Below, in pieces: positions 25,770-39,411 of a stretch of 64,000 nt of DNA. The notes under the pieces are model-generated. The model was not told the origin of the DNA and ran no database searches. It was given only the letters and a program-made list of their open reading frames with translations. The translations under genes were made by a program, and so were the position numbers. The stretch spans positions 10,168,001 through 10,232,000 of the forward strand of contig NC_086108.1 of assembly GCF_963921235.1 (NCBI RefSeq), written 5' to 3'. Each line of letters starts with the position of its first letter. The stretch's first letter is position 1. Source of the DNA: Mobula hypostoma (lineage: Eukaryota).

Positions 25770-28520
25770 TGGTTTGAGATGTGTCTATTTGAGATGCTTA
25801 AGGAGTATCATAAACAAGGTGGATGAACTTAGAGCATGGATCAATACGTGGAACTATGATGTGGCTATTACAGAGACTTGGATGTCTCAGGGGCAGGAAT
25901 GGCTGCTAAGTGTGCCGGGCTTTAGATGTTTCAAAAAGGACAGGGAGGGAGGCAAAAGAGGTGGGGGTGTGGGATTACTAATCATGGACAATATCACGGC
26001 TGTAGTAAAGGAGGAAGTCATGGATGGATTATCTACTGAATCAGTGTGGGTGGAAGACAGAAACAGAGAGGGGGCAATAGCTCTACTAGGTGTTTTTTAT
26101 AACCCCCCCAATACTTACAGAGAGGAGCAGACAGGGAGGCAGATACTGGAACGGTGCAATAATAATAGGGTTGTTGTGATGGGTGATTTTAACTTTCCTA
26201 ATATTGACTGGGATCTCCTTAGAGCAAGGGGTTTGGATGGGGTGGAGTTTGTTAGGTGTGCTCAGGAAGGTTTCCTGATGCAATATGTAGATAAGTCAAC
26301 TCGAGGAGAGGCTGTACTTGATCTGGTATCTGGAAATGAACCTGGTCAGGTGTCAGATCTCTCGGTGGGAGAGCATTTTGGAGACAGTGATCACAACTTT
26401 ATCTTCTTTACCATAGCACTGGAGAGGGATAGAAGCAGACAATTTGGGAAAGCATTTAATTGGGGTAGGGGAAATATGATACTATTAGGCAGAAATTTGG
26501 GAGCATTAATTGGGAGCAAATGTTTTCAGGGAAATGCATGGCATTCTGCATAGGTATATTCCATTGAGGCAAGGAAAGGATGGTAGGATAAAAGAACCAT
26601 GGTGTACAAAGGATGTAGAAAATCTAGTTAAGAAGAAAAGAAAAGGTTATGAAAGGTTCAAGAAACTAGGTACAGTTGGAGCTCTAGAAAATTACAAGGT
26701 TGCAAGGAAGGAGATTAAGAATGAAATTAGGAGAGCTGGAAGGGGCCACGAGAAAGCCTTGGTGAGCAGAATTAAGGAAAACTCCAAGGCATTCTACAGT
26801 TATGTGAAAAGCAAGAGGATGAACCGTGTGAAAATAGGACCAATTAGGTGTGATTGTGGAAACGTGTGCATGGAGTTGGAGAAGGTAGCGGAGGTACTTA
26901 ATAAATACTTTGCTTCAGTAATCACCAGGGAAAAGGATCTTGGCAATTGTGGGGATGTCTTACAGTGGACTGAAACACTTGAGCATATAGACGTTAAGAA
27001 AGAGGGTGTGCTGGAGCTTTTGAAAAGCATTAAGTTAGATAAGTCACCAGGTCCATTAGAGATATACCCCAGGCTACTGTGGGAAGTTAGAGAGGGGATT
27101 TCTCAGCCTATGGCGATGATCTTTGCATCACCAAGAGGGATGGGAGAAGTACCAGAGGATTAGAAGGTTGCAAATGTTGTCCTCTTGTTCAAGAAAGGGT
27201 CGAGAGATAACCCAGGAAATTATAGACCAGTGAGTCTTACTTCAGTAGTGGGCAAGTTTTTGGAGAAGATCCTGAGGGGCAGGATTTACGAACATTTAGA
27301 GAGGCATAATATGGTTAGGAATACTCAGCATGGCTTTGTCAAAGGCAGGTTATGCCTTATAAGCCTGATTGAATTATTTGAGGAAGTAACAAAACACATT
27401 GATGAAGGTAGAGCAGTGGATGTAGTGTATATGGATTTCAGTAAGGCATCTGATAAGGTTCCTCATGCAAAACTCATTCAGAAAGTAATGAGGCAGGGGA
27501 TCCAAGGAGATCTTGCTTTGTGGATCCAGAACTGGCTTGGCCTAGAAGGTAAAGGGAGGCTGTAGATGGTTTGTATTCTGCATGGAGGTCAGTGACCAGT
27601 GGTGTTCCACAGGGATCTGTTCAGGGATCCCTCCTCTTTGTGATTTTTATAAATAACCTGGATGAACAAGTGGAAGGGTGGGTTAGTAAGTTTGCTGATG
27701 ACACAAAAGCCTGGGGTGTTGTGGATAGTCTGGAGGGTTGTCAGAGGTTACAGCAGGACATCGATAAGATGCAGAACTGGGCTGAGAAGTGGCAGATGGA
27801 GTTCAACCCAGATAAGTGTGAAGTGGTTCATTTTGGTAGGTCAAATATGATGACAGAATATAATATTAATGGTAAGACTCTTGGCAGTGTGGAGGATCAG
27901 AGAGATCTTTGGGTCCATGCCCAGAGGACATTGGAGGATCAGAGAGATCTTTGGGTCCATGCCCAGAGGACATGGAAAGCTGCTGCACAGGTTGACAGTG
28001 TTGTTAAGAAGTTGTATGGTGTTGGCCTTCATCAACTGTGGGATTGAGTTCAAGAGCCATGAGGTAATGTTACAGCTATGTAAGACCTTGGTTAGACCCC
28101 ACGTGGAGTATTGTGTTCGGTTCTGGTCCCCTCGCTACAGGAAGGATGTGCAGATACTATAGAGAGGGTGCAGAGGAGATTTACAAGGATCTTGCCTGGA
28201 ATGGAGAGCGTGCCTTATGAGAACAGGTTGAGTGAACTTGGCCTTTTCTCCTTGGAGCGATGGAGGATGGGAGTTTAATTGGTAGAGGTGTATAAGATGA
28301 TGAGAGGCATTGATCGTGTGGACAGCCAAAGGCTTTTTCCCAGGGCTGAAATGGCTAATAGGAGGGAGCATAGTTTTAAGGTGCTTGGAAGTAGATACAG
28401 GGGGAATGTCAGAGGTAAGTTTCTCACACAGGGTGGTGGGTGTGTGGAATCCTCTGCCAGCGATGGTGGTAGAGGTGGATACAATAGGGTCTTTTAAGAG
28501 ACTCTTAGATAGGTACATAC
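25770..28520 (+). pseudogene. CR1 ORF2 (APE endonuclease + reverse transcriptase), disrupted
   Basis: VAITETW, VMGDFNFP, GDSDH, NYRPVSLTS, YMDFSKA, SGVPQGSV and KFADDTK motifs; 42-bp in-frame tandem duplication 27890-27973. Confidence 0.92.
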
Positions 28521-29649
28521 AGGGCTAGGTGGTAGGGAAATTCTAGGCAGCTTCTAGAGCAGACTACATGGTAGGCACAACATTGTGGACCAAAAGGCCT
28601 GTAATGTACTGTAGATGTCTATGTTCTGTAAAGATGCAATCAGAACTGGACACAATACTCCAGGTGTGGTCTAACGCGGATTTTATAGATCTGTAACATT
28701 CCCTTGCAGTTCCTGAACTCAATCCTCTTACTCATGAAGGTCACATATCTTCTTAGCCTCCTTACCAACTTGTATGGGAACTTTGATGGCTCTCTGGACA
28801 TAGACACTAAGATCCCTCTATTCCTCCACCGTGCAGAATCCTGCTGTTAACCTCATACTCTGCCTTCAAGTTTGACCTTCCAAAGTGAATCACTTCACAT
28901 ATTTCCAGAATACGCTCGATGTGCCACTTCTCAGCCCAGTTCTGCATCCCGTCAATGTCGATGACAACCTTTTACACTATTCACAACTCCATCAACCTTC
29001 ATGTCATCTGCAAATATACTAACCCACCCTTATAATTGCCATCCAGGTCATATATAAACATTACAAAGGGAAGCGGGGTCACAGAACAGATCCCTGCAGT
29101 ACACCTGAACATCTCTCTTTCGGACTGGGAGGTTCCAACCCATAAGACCATAAGGTATAGGTGCAGAGTTAGGCCATTTGGCCCATTGGGTCTGCTCTGC
29201 CATTTGATTGTGGATGATCCATTTCCTTCTCAGCTCCAGTTTCCTGCCTTCTCCACACATCCCCTCATGCCCAGACTAATCTTGAATCTATCACCCTCTA
29301 CCTTAAATATACATAAAGACTTGGCCTCTACCGCTGACTGCGGCAAAGAATTCCACAGATTCACCACCCTCTGGTAAAAGAAATTCCTCCTCATCTCCGT
29401 TCTGAATGGACGCTCTCTATTCTGAGGCTGTGTCCTCTGGTCTCAGGCACTTCTACCATAGGAAACATCCTGGCCCCTCTGAGCAACACTCAAGATTGTC
29501 TGTTGCTCAGACTTCAGAGTTATTGGCTGCAGATTTGTCAATCATTGAATCTCACAAATAGGAGATGAGTCCATGAATCTATAAATCAGCAAAAGTATGA
29601 ATAAAGATCACACGGTCAAGGTTTAAGATTTAAGATTAAAAATTCAAGA

Positions 29650-31060
29650 CCATAAGACCAGATATAGGAGTAGAATGAGGCCATTTGGCCCATCGAGTCT
29701 GTTTTGCCATTTCGTCATGGCTGATCCGATTTTCCTCTCTGCCCCAGACTCCTGTCTTCACCCTATATCCCTTCATGCCCTGACCAAACCAGAATCTATC
29801 AAACTCTGCCTTAAATATATACAAAGATTTGGCCTCCACAGCCGCATGTGGCAAAGAGTTAGACTGATTCATCACTCTATTATGAAAGAAATTCCTCCTC
29901 ATCTCCATTCTAAAAGGACACCCCTCTCTTCGAAGGCTGTGTCCTCTGGTTTTAGACTCTCCCTCCATAGGAAACGTCCTCTACACATCCACTCTATCAA
30001 GGCCTTTCAGAATTCGATGGCTTTCAATGAGATTCCCCCTTCATTCTTTTGAATTCCAGTGGGTACAGGTCCAGAGCAATCAAACATTCCTTATATAATA
30101 AGTGATTCAATCCTGGAATCATTTTCGTGAAACTTCTTTGAACTATCCTAGTTTCAGCACATCTTTTCAAAGGTAAGGGGCCTAAAAAATGCTCACAATA
30201 CTCCAAGTGAGGCCTCACCAGTGCTTCATAAAGTTTCAACATTACATCCTTGCTTTTATATTCTAGTCCTTTTGAAACGAATGCTAACATTGCATGTGCC
30301 TTCCTCACCACAGACTCAACCTGCAAATTAATCTTCTGTGAATCCTGCACATGGGCTCCCAAATCCCTTTACACTGCAGTTTTGTGTATTTTCTCTCTAT
30401 TTAGAAAATTGTCAATCCTTTCATTTCTTCTACCAAAGTGCATGACCATAGACTTCCAGAAACTGTATTCCATCTGCCATTTCTTTGTCCATTTTCCTAA
30501 TCTGTCTAAGTCCTTCTGTAGCCTCTCTAATTCCTGAAAACTACCTGCCCCTCCAGCTATCTTCATATCATCTACAAACTTTGAAACAAAGCTATCTATT
30601 CTATCATCCAAATCATTGAGATATAATGTAAAAAGAATCTGTCCCAACACAGACCCCTGTGAAACACTACTAGTGACTGGCAACCAGCCAGAAAAGGCTC
30701 CCTCTATTCTCACTCTTGGTCTCCTGCCAATCAGCCACTGCTTTATCCATGCTAGAATCTTTCCTGTAATACCATGGGCTCATAGCTTGTTAAGCAGCCT
30801 CATATGTGGCACCTTGTCAAAGCCCTTCTGAAAATCCAAGTACACAACATCAGCTGATTTGTTTTTGTCTATTCTGCTTGTAACTTCCTCAAAGAATTCC
30901 AACAGATTTGTCAGGCAAGATTTTCACTTGAGGAAACCATACTGACTATGGACTATGTTATCATGTGCCTCCAAGTACAATGATACCTCATCTTTCATAA
31001 TCGGCTGCAACATCTTCCCAACCACCGACGTCAGATTAACTGGCTGATAGTTTCCTTTCT
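29650..31060 (-). mobile_element. 5'-truncated CR1
   Basis: NYQPVNLTSVVGK, SQGSVLG, KFVDDMK and LVRPHLEYC motifs. Confidence 0.85.
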
Positions 31061-31719
31061 TGAAGAGTGGAATAACTTTCTTCCTTCCCCTCCCCCCAAT
31101 GGCATCTCCTCCCTTCCTTTCTAGTTCAGCAGAAAGGTCTCGGCCCAAAATGCTGACTGCTTATTCATTTCCATACATGCTGCCTGGCCTGCTGAGTTCC
31201 TCCAGCATTTTGTGTGTATTGCTTTTGAGAGAGAGTGTTAGTGCTGGCTTGTTTAAACCCACTGTCTCTCCATCACACTAATGTCAGGTTTGTTTGCGTA
31301 TTTAAGAGAAGTCAAGCATTCAGTTCAAATACCATCATCTCAAGCGGCCTTTGTTTAAATACATTTAATTAGTCCCTCACGCTGGGCTGCCAAGAAGCCT
31401 TTGCTTATCCCTGCCAAGTTCAGCAAGGCATTTTCTGTCCTCTCAAAGGTTCAAAGTCTCAGTTTATTGTCAAAGTATACACGCACAATACAACTCTGAT
31501 ACTTGCCTACTCCAGATAGCCACGGAATACAGAAAGACCATGGCAGCTGATGAAAGAAAAGCCATCAACTCCCTCCTCCACTGGCACGAAAAAGAAAAGA
31601 AATAAAACTCATAGACCCCAAAATCCTGCAGAAAAGAACAGTGACAATAGTATCAAATCCCTCAACCCTTCCCCGCATAAAAAAACAGTGACGAAAGCAA
31701 TCCCCCACCCCCTCACTCA

Positions 31720-32550
31720 CTGACGACAATACATTGATTGGCCTTATATCAAATAATAATGAGGCAGCCTACAGAGAAGTCATTACCCTGACACAGTGGT
31801 GTCAAGAAAACAATCTCTCCCTCAATTTTACAAAAGCAAAGGAGCTGGTTGTGGACTATAAGAGGAATGGAGACAGGCTAACCTCTATAAACATCAGTGA
31901 ATCTGGGGTTAAGAGGGTGAACAGCTTTAAGTTTCTTGGTATACACATCACTGAGGATCTCATGTGGTCTGTACATACCGGCTGTATAGTGAAAAAGGCA
32001 CAACGCCTCTTTCACCTCAGACGGTTGAAGAAGTTTAGTATAGGCCCCCAAATCCTGAGTATTTTCTACAGGGGCACAATTGAGATCATCCTGACTGACT
32101 GCATCACTGCCTGGTATGGGAATTATACTTCCCTCAATCGTAGGACTCTGCAGAGAGTGGTGTGGACAGCCCAGCGCAACTGTAGTTGTGAACTTCCCAC
32201 TATTCAGAACATTTACAAGGTCTAAAAAGGGCCCAGAGGATCATTGGGGACCTGAGTCGCCCCAACCACAAACTGTTCCAGCTGCTGTCATTGGGAAACC
32301 GAACCGTAACATAAATGCCAGGACCAACAGGCTCCGGGACAGCTTCTTCCACCAGGCCATCAGACTGATTAATTCATGCTGATACAATTATATTTCTACG
32401 TTATATTGACTGTCCTGTTGTACATACTATTTATTACAAATTACTATAAATTTAATATTGCACATTTAGACAGAGATGTAACGTAAAGATTTTTACACCT
32501 CATGGATATGAAGGATGTAAGAAATAAAGTCAACACAATTCAATTCTATT
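31720..32550 (+). mobile_element. Rex1/Babar 3' fragment
   Basis: IGLISNNNEAAYRE...FKFLGIHITEDL...DSFFHQAIRLIN. Confidence 0.85.
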
Positions 32551-35500
32551 AAAAAAATCAACGACAATAACTATCTCTGACCCCCTCACTTGCAGAAAAT
32601 AACAGCGATGGTAGCATCAAAACTCCCAAACGCTCGCTGCACAGAAAAAAATTAAGAGATCACCCACCCGCTAATTGGCCACAAGAAAGAAAACACTGAA
32701 AAAGTGAAGGAGATCAATATAAAGTACAGTCCAATAATCACATAAATCTCAGGATATCAGAAACATCTCCTTCAACAGCTTATATATTTACCTCGAGGTG
32801 GCTGGACCCAGAGGCTGAGAGCAGCGCCAGTCTAATGCTTGGGGTGCCTACATTTTGCCCAGTCCATGCTCCTGTTTGTGTGGTTCTTTCTGTGTGGAGT
32901 TTGCACGTTCTCCCGGTGCCTTGCTGGATTTTCTAGTTTCGTCCCATGTTTGAACAATGTGTGGGTGGAAGTTCAAAGTTCAAAGTTCAGACAACACTGA
33001 TTATCAAAGTACGGGAAAACTATGCAATTTTGAGATTCATCTCCTTACAGGCAGCCACAAAACAAAGAAACCCGGAAGAACCTATAAATGAAAACTTGAC
33101 AAACACCACATGTTTAGATCATGTAAACAATAAAAGCAAGCGAATAACATTTAGAATGAAAGTGAGTCCTCAGACACAAAGGCCAGGGTAGCTACAGCAT
33201 ACCCAAAGCCTTAGCCTCAGTTCAGCACATAGCGGAGAAAATGTCGCGGGGCAGTGAGAAAACCGGATTGACCTTCAGCTCCAGTCCCAACACCCCGCCT
33301 TTTCATTCCATCTGGCCCGACATTTAAAAAGTCCATACTTCTGGTCGTTCCTCGTTCGAAGACCTGGGCCCCGTCGCACCGATATGTTCTGGGCCTGGAC
33401 CCTGCACCACGTTTTAGCCTCGTTATTCCGTGGTGGAGGCCGATGGGCGTTTATGAGAGAGAATAGGCCCCCAGGGATGTTGCGAGTCGAACTGGTGATG
33501 CTGATCTACTAGGAACTGGGATGGATCTGTTGGCCAAACGGTTTTATAGAGTCATAGGACACTGCAGCACAGAAACAGGCCCTTTGGCCCATCTAGTCCA
33601 TGCCGAGCTACTATTCTGCCGAGTCTCACCAACCTGCACCATAGCCCAACATTGCTCCCTTCCATGTACTTATCCAAACTTTTTCTAAAAGTTGAAATTG
33701 AAACTGCGTGCACCACTTCCGCACCGAGCACTCTCAGCACCACGCGTGAAGAAGGTCCCCCTCAACTTCCCCTTAAACATTTCGCCTTTCACCCCTGACC
33801 CATGATCTTTAGTTCTAATCTCACCCACAATTAGTGGGAAAAGCCTGCTTGCATTTACCCCATCTATACCTCTCAAAATTTTGTATATCTCTTTCATAAC
33901 CTAGTTCGGCAGAAGACAAGCTGTATTGCAGTTGACGGCAGATTTCTGCGGCATTCATAAACTCAGAGTCCGGATGTATTTTTTTTGTGTGGCTGTATTT
34001 TACTGATATTGTACATGTGCTTGCTATCATGGCGTGTTGTGTGTGCTTTGTGCTGTGTGTGACTGTTGGTATTGTGTTTTGCACCTTGGCAACACTATCT
34101 CATTTGGCTGTATTCATGGGTATTCATGTATAGTTGAATGAAAATTGAACCGAATTGAGTTGAATAATCATCATGTGCCGAGTCATATGATGTGAGTGAT
34201 CATGGGCTCATAAATATGATTGTTCTTAGCAAACTTTGGAGTATTGTGAGCAGTTTTGGGTCCCTTGTGTAAGAAAAAGAGGTACTGACATTGGACACTG
34301 TTCAAAGGAGGTTCACAAAAATGATTCCGGGATTGAAAGGCTTGTCATATGAAGAGCGTTTGTAGTCTCTGGGCCTGAACTCACTGGAGTTTAGAAGCAC
34401 TCCGGGGGGTATCTAATTGAAACCTTTCGAATGTTGAAAGACCTTGATAGAGTGGATGTGGTGAGGATGTTTCCTATCATGAGGGGGGTCTAAAACCAGA
34501 GGACACGGCCTCAGAACAGAGAGACATCATTTTAGAACAAGATGAGGATGAATTCCTTTAGCCAGAGGGTGGTGAATCAGTGGAATTTGTTGCCACAGGC
34601 AGCTGTGGAGACCAAGTCATTGGGTATAGGTGGGGTGTGTTGGGGGTGGGAGGAGATTGGGGCTGAGAAAGAAAATGGATCAGCCATGATGAAATGAAAT
34701 GAGCCAAAAGACCTAATTCTGCTCTTATATCTTATGGTCTTATAATACTTCTACCCCACCACCTATAATTGAGTTTGGGGATCAGTGGAACAGAAGCTAT
34801 CCTTGTGCCTGGCGGCATGTGCTTTCAGGCTTTTTGTATTTTCTGCCTGATGGAACAGATAAGATCAGTAAAATACAGCCATGCAGAAAAACTAGTCCAG
34901 GCCCTGAGTCCATGAATGCTGCAAAAATCTGCAGTTCACCACAGCACAGCTTGTCTTCTGCCATGCAAACACTGGGAGGGTGGCAGCCCGGACACTGTGC
35001 CATGCTGCCCTTGTGGAGTGCACTGGCCCCGACATCTCTCACCTGACAGTTGTAAGCAGGTGACATCGTGGCGTGAGACCCTGCGTCCATGCACGCTGCA
35101 AACATCTGCAATCGATTACAATGCAGGGTGTCTTCTGCAGACCGAACACTGGGGGCAGCACTGACTCCAGCCTAGATGCCGCATCGCACCACCCCCGGTG
35201 GCGCGCACCGGCTCCAATGCCTCTCTCCTGGGCGACTGTAAACAGGCGACACAGCGGCATGAGGCCCAGGAGGCCATGCAACTCCCCTACCATCCGCCCC
35301 TCTACTCTATCAATAAATCAGTGAACTGGACCTGCAGAATTCCACATCAACAATGCCCAAGCGGGTCTTGTGATCACAAGAAAAGCGACCAAGACAGTCA
35401 CTCTTAGCCTCCTGTGGAAGGAGAGGTGTCGGAGAGCTTTCTTGGCCTTGAACTCAGTGTGGTTGGAACAGGGCAGGCCATTGAGGTAATGAGCCAGAGC

Positions 35501-36469
35501 AAAACTTGGCTGTAGTGTTGGAGAATGAGACCAAATGGTTCAATTAAATAGGAACGTTGGAACCATTGTGGGATTTTAGTGAAAGTTACAGCAACTCAAT
35601 AACTGGTCCTCTAATGAGCTGTAGATAAACAGACCACTGCTGTGAGAACCCAAGCAGTGCTGTGACCTTCTGATTTATAATTCACCCTTTCACAGCCAAT
35701 GGCTTTTTGCAGGTTAACTGTCAGCAACCAATCAGTGCACAGTGATTCAAAGATTCAAAGTATATTTATCATCAAACTATGTATGCAACATACAACTCTG
35801 AGATGCATCTTTCCTACAGACAGCCAAAACAAAGAAACACCATGGAACCCGTTCAAAGAAAAAGATCAAACCGCCAATGCACAAAAAAAATCAAACTCCA
35901 ACCCACAGAGTCATTGAAAGAATCCAGGCATATTCAGCTCAGTTCAACCTAGTGCAATGTCAGACGTTAGCTTCAGGCCGCAAAGCCAGTCCATCCAGAT
36001 CAAAATCGCACAATATCACAGCAAAAAACAGGTGCAATCAGAAACAAGAAACAATTGATAACATAAACTAAAGAGTCCAATCCACAAACTGCGTCAATTA
36101 AACCTTGCCCAACAACCAGGACTCCGGCACCATCATCCGACAGCATCGAGCGAGAGGGAGAGAGAGACTGTTTGCATGCAGACACCTTCCTCTGGGAGCA
36201 GTGAGTGAGTGGTGGCAGCGAGAGACCGTCACATGCAGTCACCTTCCACCAGGAGCAGCAAGTGAGAGGGAGAGAGAAACTGCTCATCTTCCACTCTCGT
36301 CCTTGATGACTTTCCATCTTCCTTGACGCGAATCTTCAATTGGCGAGATCAGTGAGAAATGGAGTCAATCATGGGCTCGTGCCCCGCCCCGTCTCCAGGC
36401 TTCTTGACCTCAATGCAGCACACTCCGCTCGGAGTGCAAAGAGGCGGGTTCCAGATGTTAAAGGACCTC

Positions 36470-37060
36470 CTGGGGAGACTGAGGTCCTTTAACATTTGCC
36501 GGACGATGCTGAGGATGTTCTACGAGTGTGTGGTGGCCAGTGTGATCATGTTTGCTGTTGTGTGCTGGGGCAGCAGGCTGAGGGTAGCAGACACCAACAG
36601 AATCAACAAACTCATTCGTGAGGCCAGTGATGCTGTGGGGATGGAACTGGACTCTCTGACGGTGGTGTCTGAAAAGAGGATGCTGTCCAAGTTGCATGCC
36701 ATCTTGGTCAATGTCTCCCATCCACTACATAATGTACTGGGTGGGCACAGGAGTACATTCAGCCAGAGACTCATTCCACCGAGATGCAACACAGAGTGTC
36801 ATAGGACGTCATTTCTGCCTGTGGCCATCAAACTTTACAACTCCTCCCTTGGAGGGTCAGACACCCTGAGCCAATAGGCTGGTCTTGGACTTATTTCATA
36901 ATTTACTAGTATAATTTACATATTATTATTTAACTATTTATGGTTCTATTACTATTTATTATTTACGGTGCAACTGTAACGAAAACCAATTTCCCCCTGG
37001 GATCAATAAAGAATGACTGTGACTATGACTATGACTATGATTATGATTATGACTATGACT
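36470..37060 (+). mobile_element. Young Rex1-like 3' end with (ACTATG)n tail
   Basis: RLRSFNICRTMLRMFYECVVASV...SFLPVAIKLYN. Confidence 0.85.
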
Positions 37061-37774
37061 TGATGGAAAGACCTGCACAAATCAACTCCTGGAACAGATC
37101 GTCTCACTGAAACCTGGCGGGATTCCCCTTGATCATAATGTCAGTGGGCTCTGTGATTTATCGGGCAATTGCTGGGCCTGGTATTGGGCAGAATTACTCC
37201 TGCTCAATCCCTGGCTGCAATTTCCAATCTAGGCCCTTGGTCAAGACCTTCCCTGATATTCGATTCTGGTCACCACATTAAGCAAAGCATTTGGAGGGTT
37301 CAAAGAGGGTGCGAAAGAGGTTTTGCCAGGATGCTGTTTGGATTGGGGTGCATGTGCTATAAGGAGAGGTTGGACAAAATCGGGCTGTTTTCTCTGGAGG
37401 CTGAGTTAAGACCTAATAGAAGTTCGTTCAAATTTCAAAGTTCAAATTAAATTTTATTATCAAAGTACACATATGTCACTACGTACAACCCTGAGATTCA
37501 TTTTCCTGCGGGCACTCTCAGCAAATCTATCGAATAGTAACTATAACAGGATCAATGAAAGATCAACCAGGAGACTACAAACTGTGCAGATACAAACATA
37601 AATAAATAGAAATAAATAATAACAATATGAGATATTGAGATAATGAATCCTTAAAAGTGGTTTGTAGGAACATTTCAATGGATGGGCAAGTGAGTGTGGT
37701 TATCTCTTTTTGTTCAAGAGCCTGATGGTTGTGGTAAGTGTTCTTGAACACGGTGGTGTTATGTTACTGCTGTT

Positions 37775-37858
37775 TAACTGTGTAATCTCTTTTTCATGCT
37801 GAGACTTCATCATTTCAATATTACTTCTCAATTCCTTCACTTGTGCTTTCACTTCTTC
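37775..37858 (-). pseudogene. SH3KBP1: Captured CIN85/CD2AP-family C-terminal coiled-coil fragment (28 codons)
   Basis: EEVKAQVKELRSNIEMMKSQHEKEITQL vs recalled human CIN85 [28 protein letters not shown]. Confidence 0.65.
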
Positions 37859-38134
37859 CTTATACTGTGCCCACTGTGAGCGTTCTTGCTCTAGACGGTG
37901 ATGAAACTGAACCTCATATTCTCTCAGTATCCCTTTCATTATCGCCTGCATTGAAGCAACCTTCTCCTGCCATTGCTTTTTCACATCAGCAATTGCCTCC
38001 TGTTTGGTCGTCTCAGACACTGCAGCTGGGGCTTTTATATTCACCATGTCAGCATTTGCCGCCATGAGCTGGAGCTGCAGTCGAGTGACATCACCTTCTG
38101 CCGACTGTAATGCAACATTCCGTCGCTTCAGCTC
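37856..38134 (-). pseudogene. RABEP1: Captured Rabaptin-5 N-terminal coiled-coil fragment (93 codons)
   Basis: NIKAPAAVSETTKQEAIADVKKQWQEKVASMQAIMK...QFHHRLEQERSQWAQYKE aligns ungapped to recalled human RABEP1 NIKAIATVSENTKQEAIDEVKRQWREEVASLQAVMK...QFHLRLEQERTQWAQYRE. Confidence 0.88.
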
Positions 38135-39308
38135 TGGGTCACTATCCAGGACAAAAATTCTTTTCACCAAATTAAGTCTTTCATAGGCAGATAAACCCAG
38201 AATTGACTCTACATTTTTTGGCACGACCACAACTGAAAGCGTATGCACAATATTTTTGTGTGATACCTTTGCTATGCATGTTCCTTTAACTGGAATGTCT
38301 GCTCCTGAATACCCGGTCACTTTTATATTTGTCTGATGCAACTTCGGTCTTGGCTTTAAAGCATTAAACTAGGATTCTGCAAGAACATTTACTTGCACTC
38401 CAGTATCACGGTTAAACAGAATATTGTCTTGATTCACTTGCAACAGAATAGTCCAGTCATTCTAACTTAGTTTATTTTCACAAAGCACATCTATATAAAA
38501 TTCCTCACGTTCATCTTCAAGCACAGCATTTACTTGTTTCATTTTATTTTCCTTCTTTCTACTTCTACAACAGAGTGAAAAATGATTAATCTTACCGCAG
38601 CCATTGCAAATTTTGCCATATGCGGGACACTGATTTGGACGATGTTCCCGCGCACAGCCATCACATGACTTTTTTCTTTCCAATACTGTCTTGCTCTCTG
38701 TCAGTTTCGTCGACGTATTATTATATTTCTCGATGTATTCGCGCTTTTTTACAGCGTTTACATTGCAGTTTTCGGCAAAAAGCTCCTCAGCCTGCAACGT
38801 CACGGTCTCAGAAGCTTTGCAAAGCACCAAAGCTTTCTCAAAATTTAAACCTTTCTCTCAACAGCCTTTCTCTCAGAGCATTACCTCGAATACCACAAAC
38901 CAGTCTATCTTTAATGAGAGAATCCGTGAGCAATCCAAACTCACATGTTCTACTATGCTTTCTTAACTCAGTAACATACTGATCAATTGTTTCAGCGGCT
39001 CTCTGCGCACATGCGAAGAATTTATATCGCTCATACATTAAATTACGCTTAGGTATACAAAATACTTCAAATCTGCCCATTATCGACTTTAAATTGAAAT
39101 TATCTCCATCTTCAAAGACAAAATTATTATATACCTCTACTGCGAAATTCCCAATTACGTGGAGCAAAAGCGTGGCTTTGGTTTTTTCTGATTTTTCTTC
39201 ATAATCGATCACCGATAAGTACAGTTGAAACTGTTGTTTGTATATCCTCCAATTCTCAGCTACATTGCCAGTCAGCTGAAGTTTTGGTGGGGGTCGTAAA
39301 CCTTCCAT
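38135..39308 (-). pseudogene. Gypsy gag plus aspartic protease, disrupted
   Basis: MEGLRPPPKLQLTGNVAENW; IKDRLVCGI...LRERLL; knuckles CDGCAREH..CPAYGKICNGCGKINHF; protease RDTGVQVNVL; stops and frameshifts. Confidence 0.9.
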
Positions 39309-39396
39309 TTTACCGTTTACAGTTCGAACACTTTTCTTCTTTTTTTTTGTCTCGATTATCTCCGATTCTCTATTCTCCCGTATTATTCGTCTAGAA

Positions 39397-39411
39397 CCAC
39401 TTCTGACACCG
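39397..39411 (-). promoter_or_regulatory. Primer binding site (tRNA-Leu type)
   Basis: CGGTGTCAGAAGTGG right after the LTR, one mismatch from TGGTGTCAGAAGTGG. Confidence 0.7.

Larger units (their letters stand above)
24450..28627 (+). mobile_element. Near full-length CR1-clade LINE
   Basis: 5'UTR, ORF1 (Cys motif, coiled coil, SGNH esterase), ORF2 (APE + RT), 3' tail. Confidence 0.92.

Noticed and set aside
37700..38341. 213-aa ORF as a functional RABEP1 gene or exon
   Set aside because: It is embedded in an LTR element, begins in protease sequence at a non-ATG codon, has upstream stops and terminates only in flanking repeat DNA; it is a captured fragment, not the native locus.
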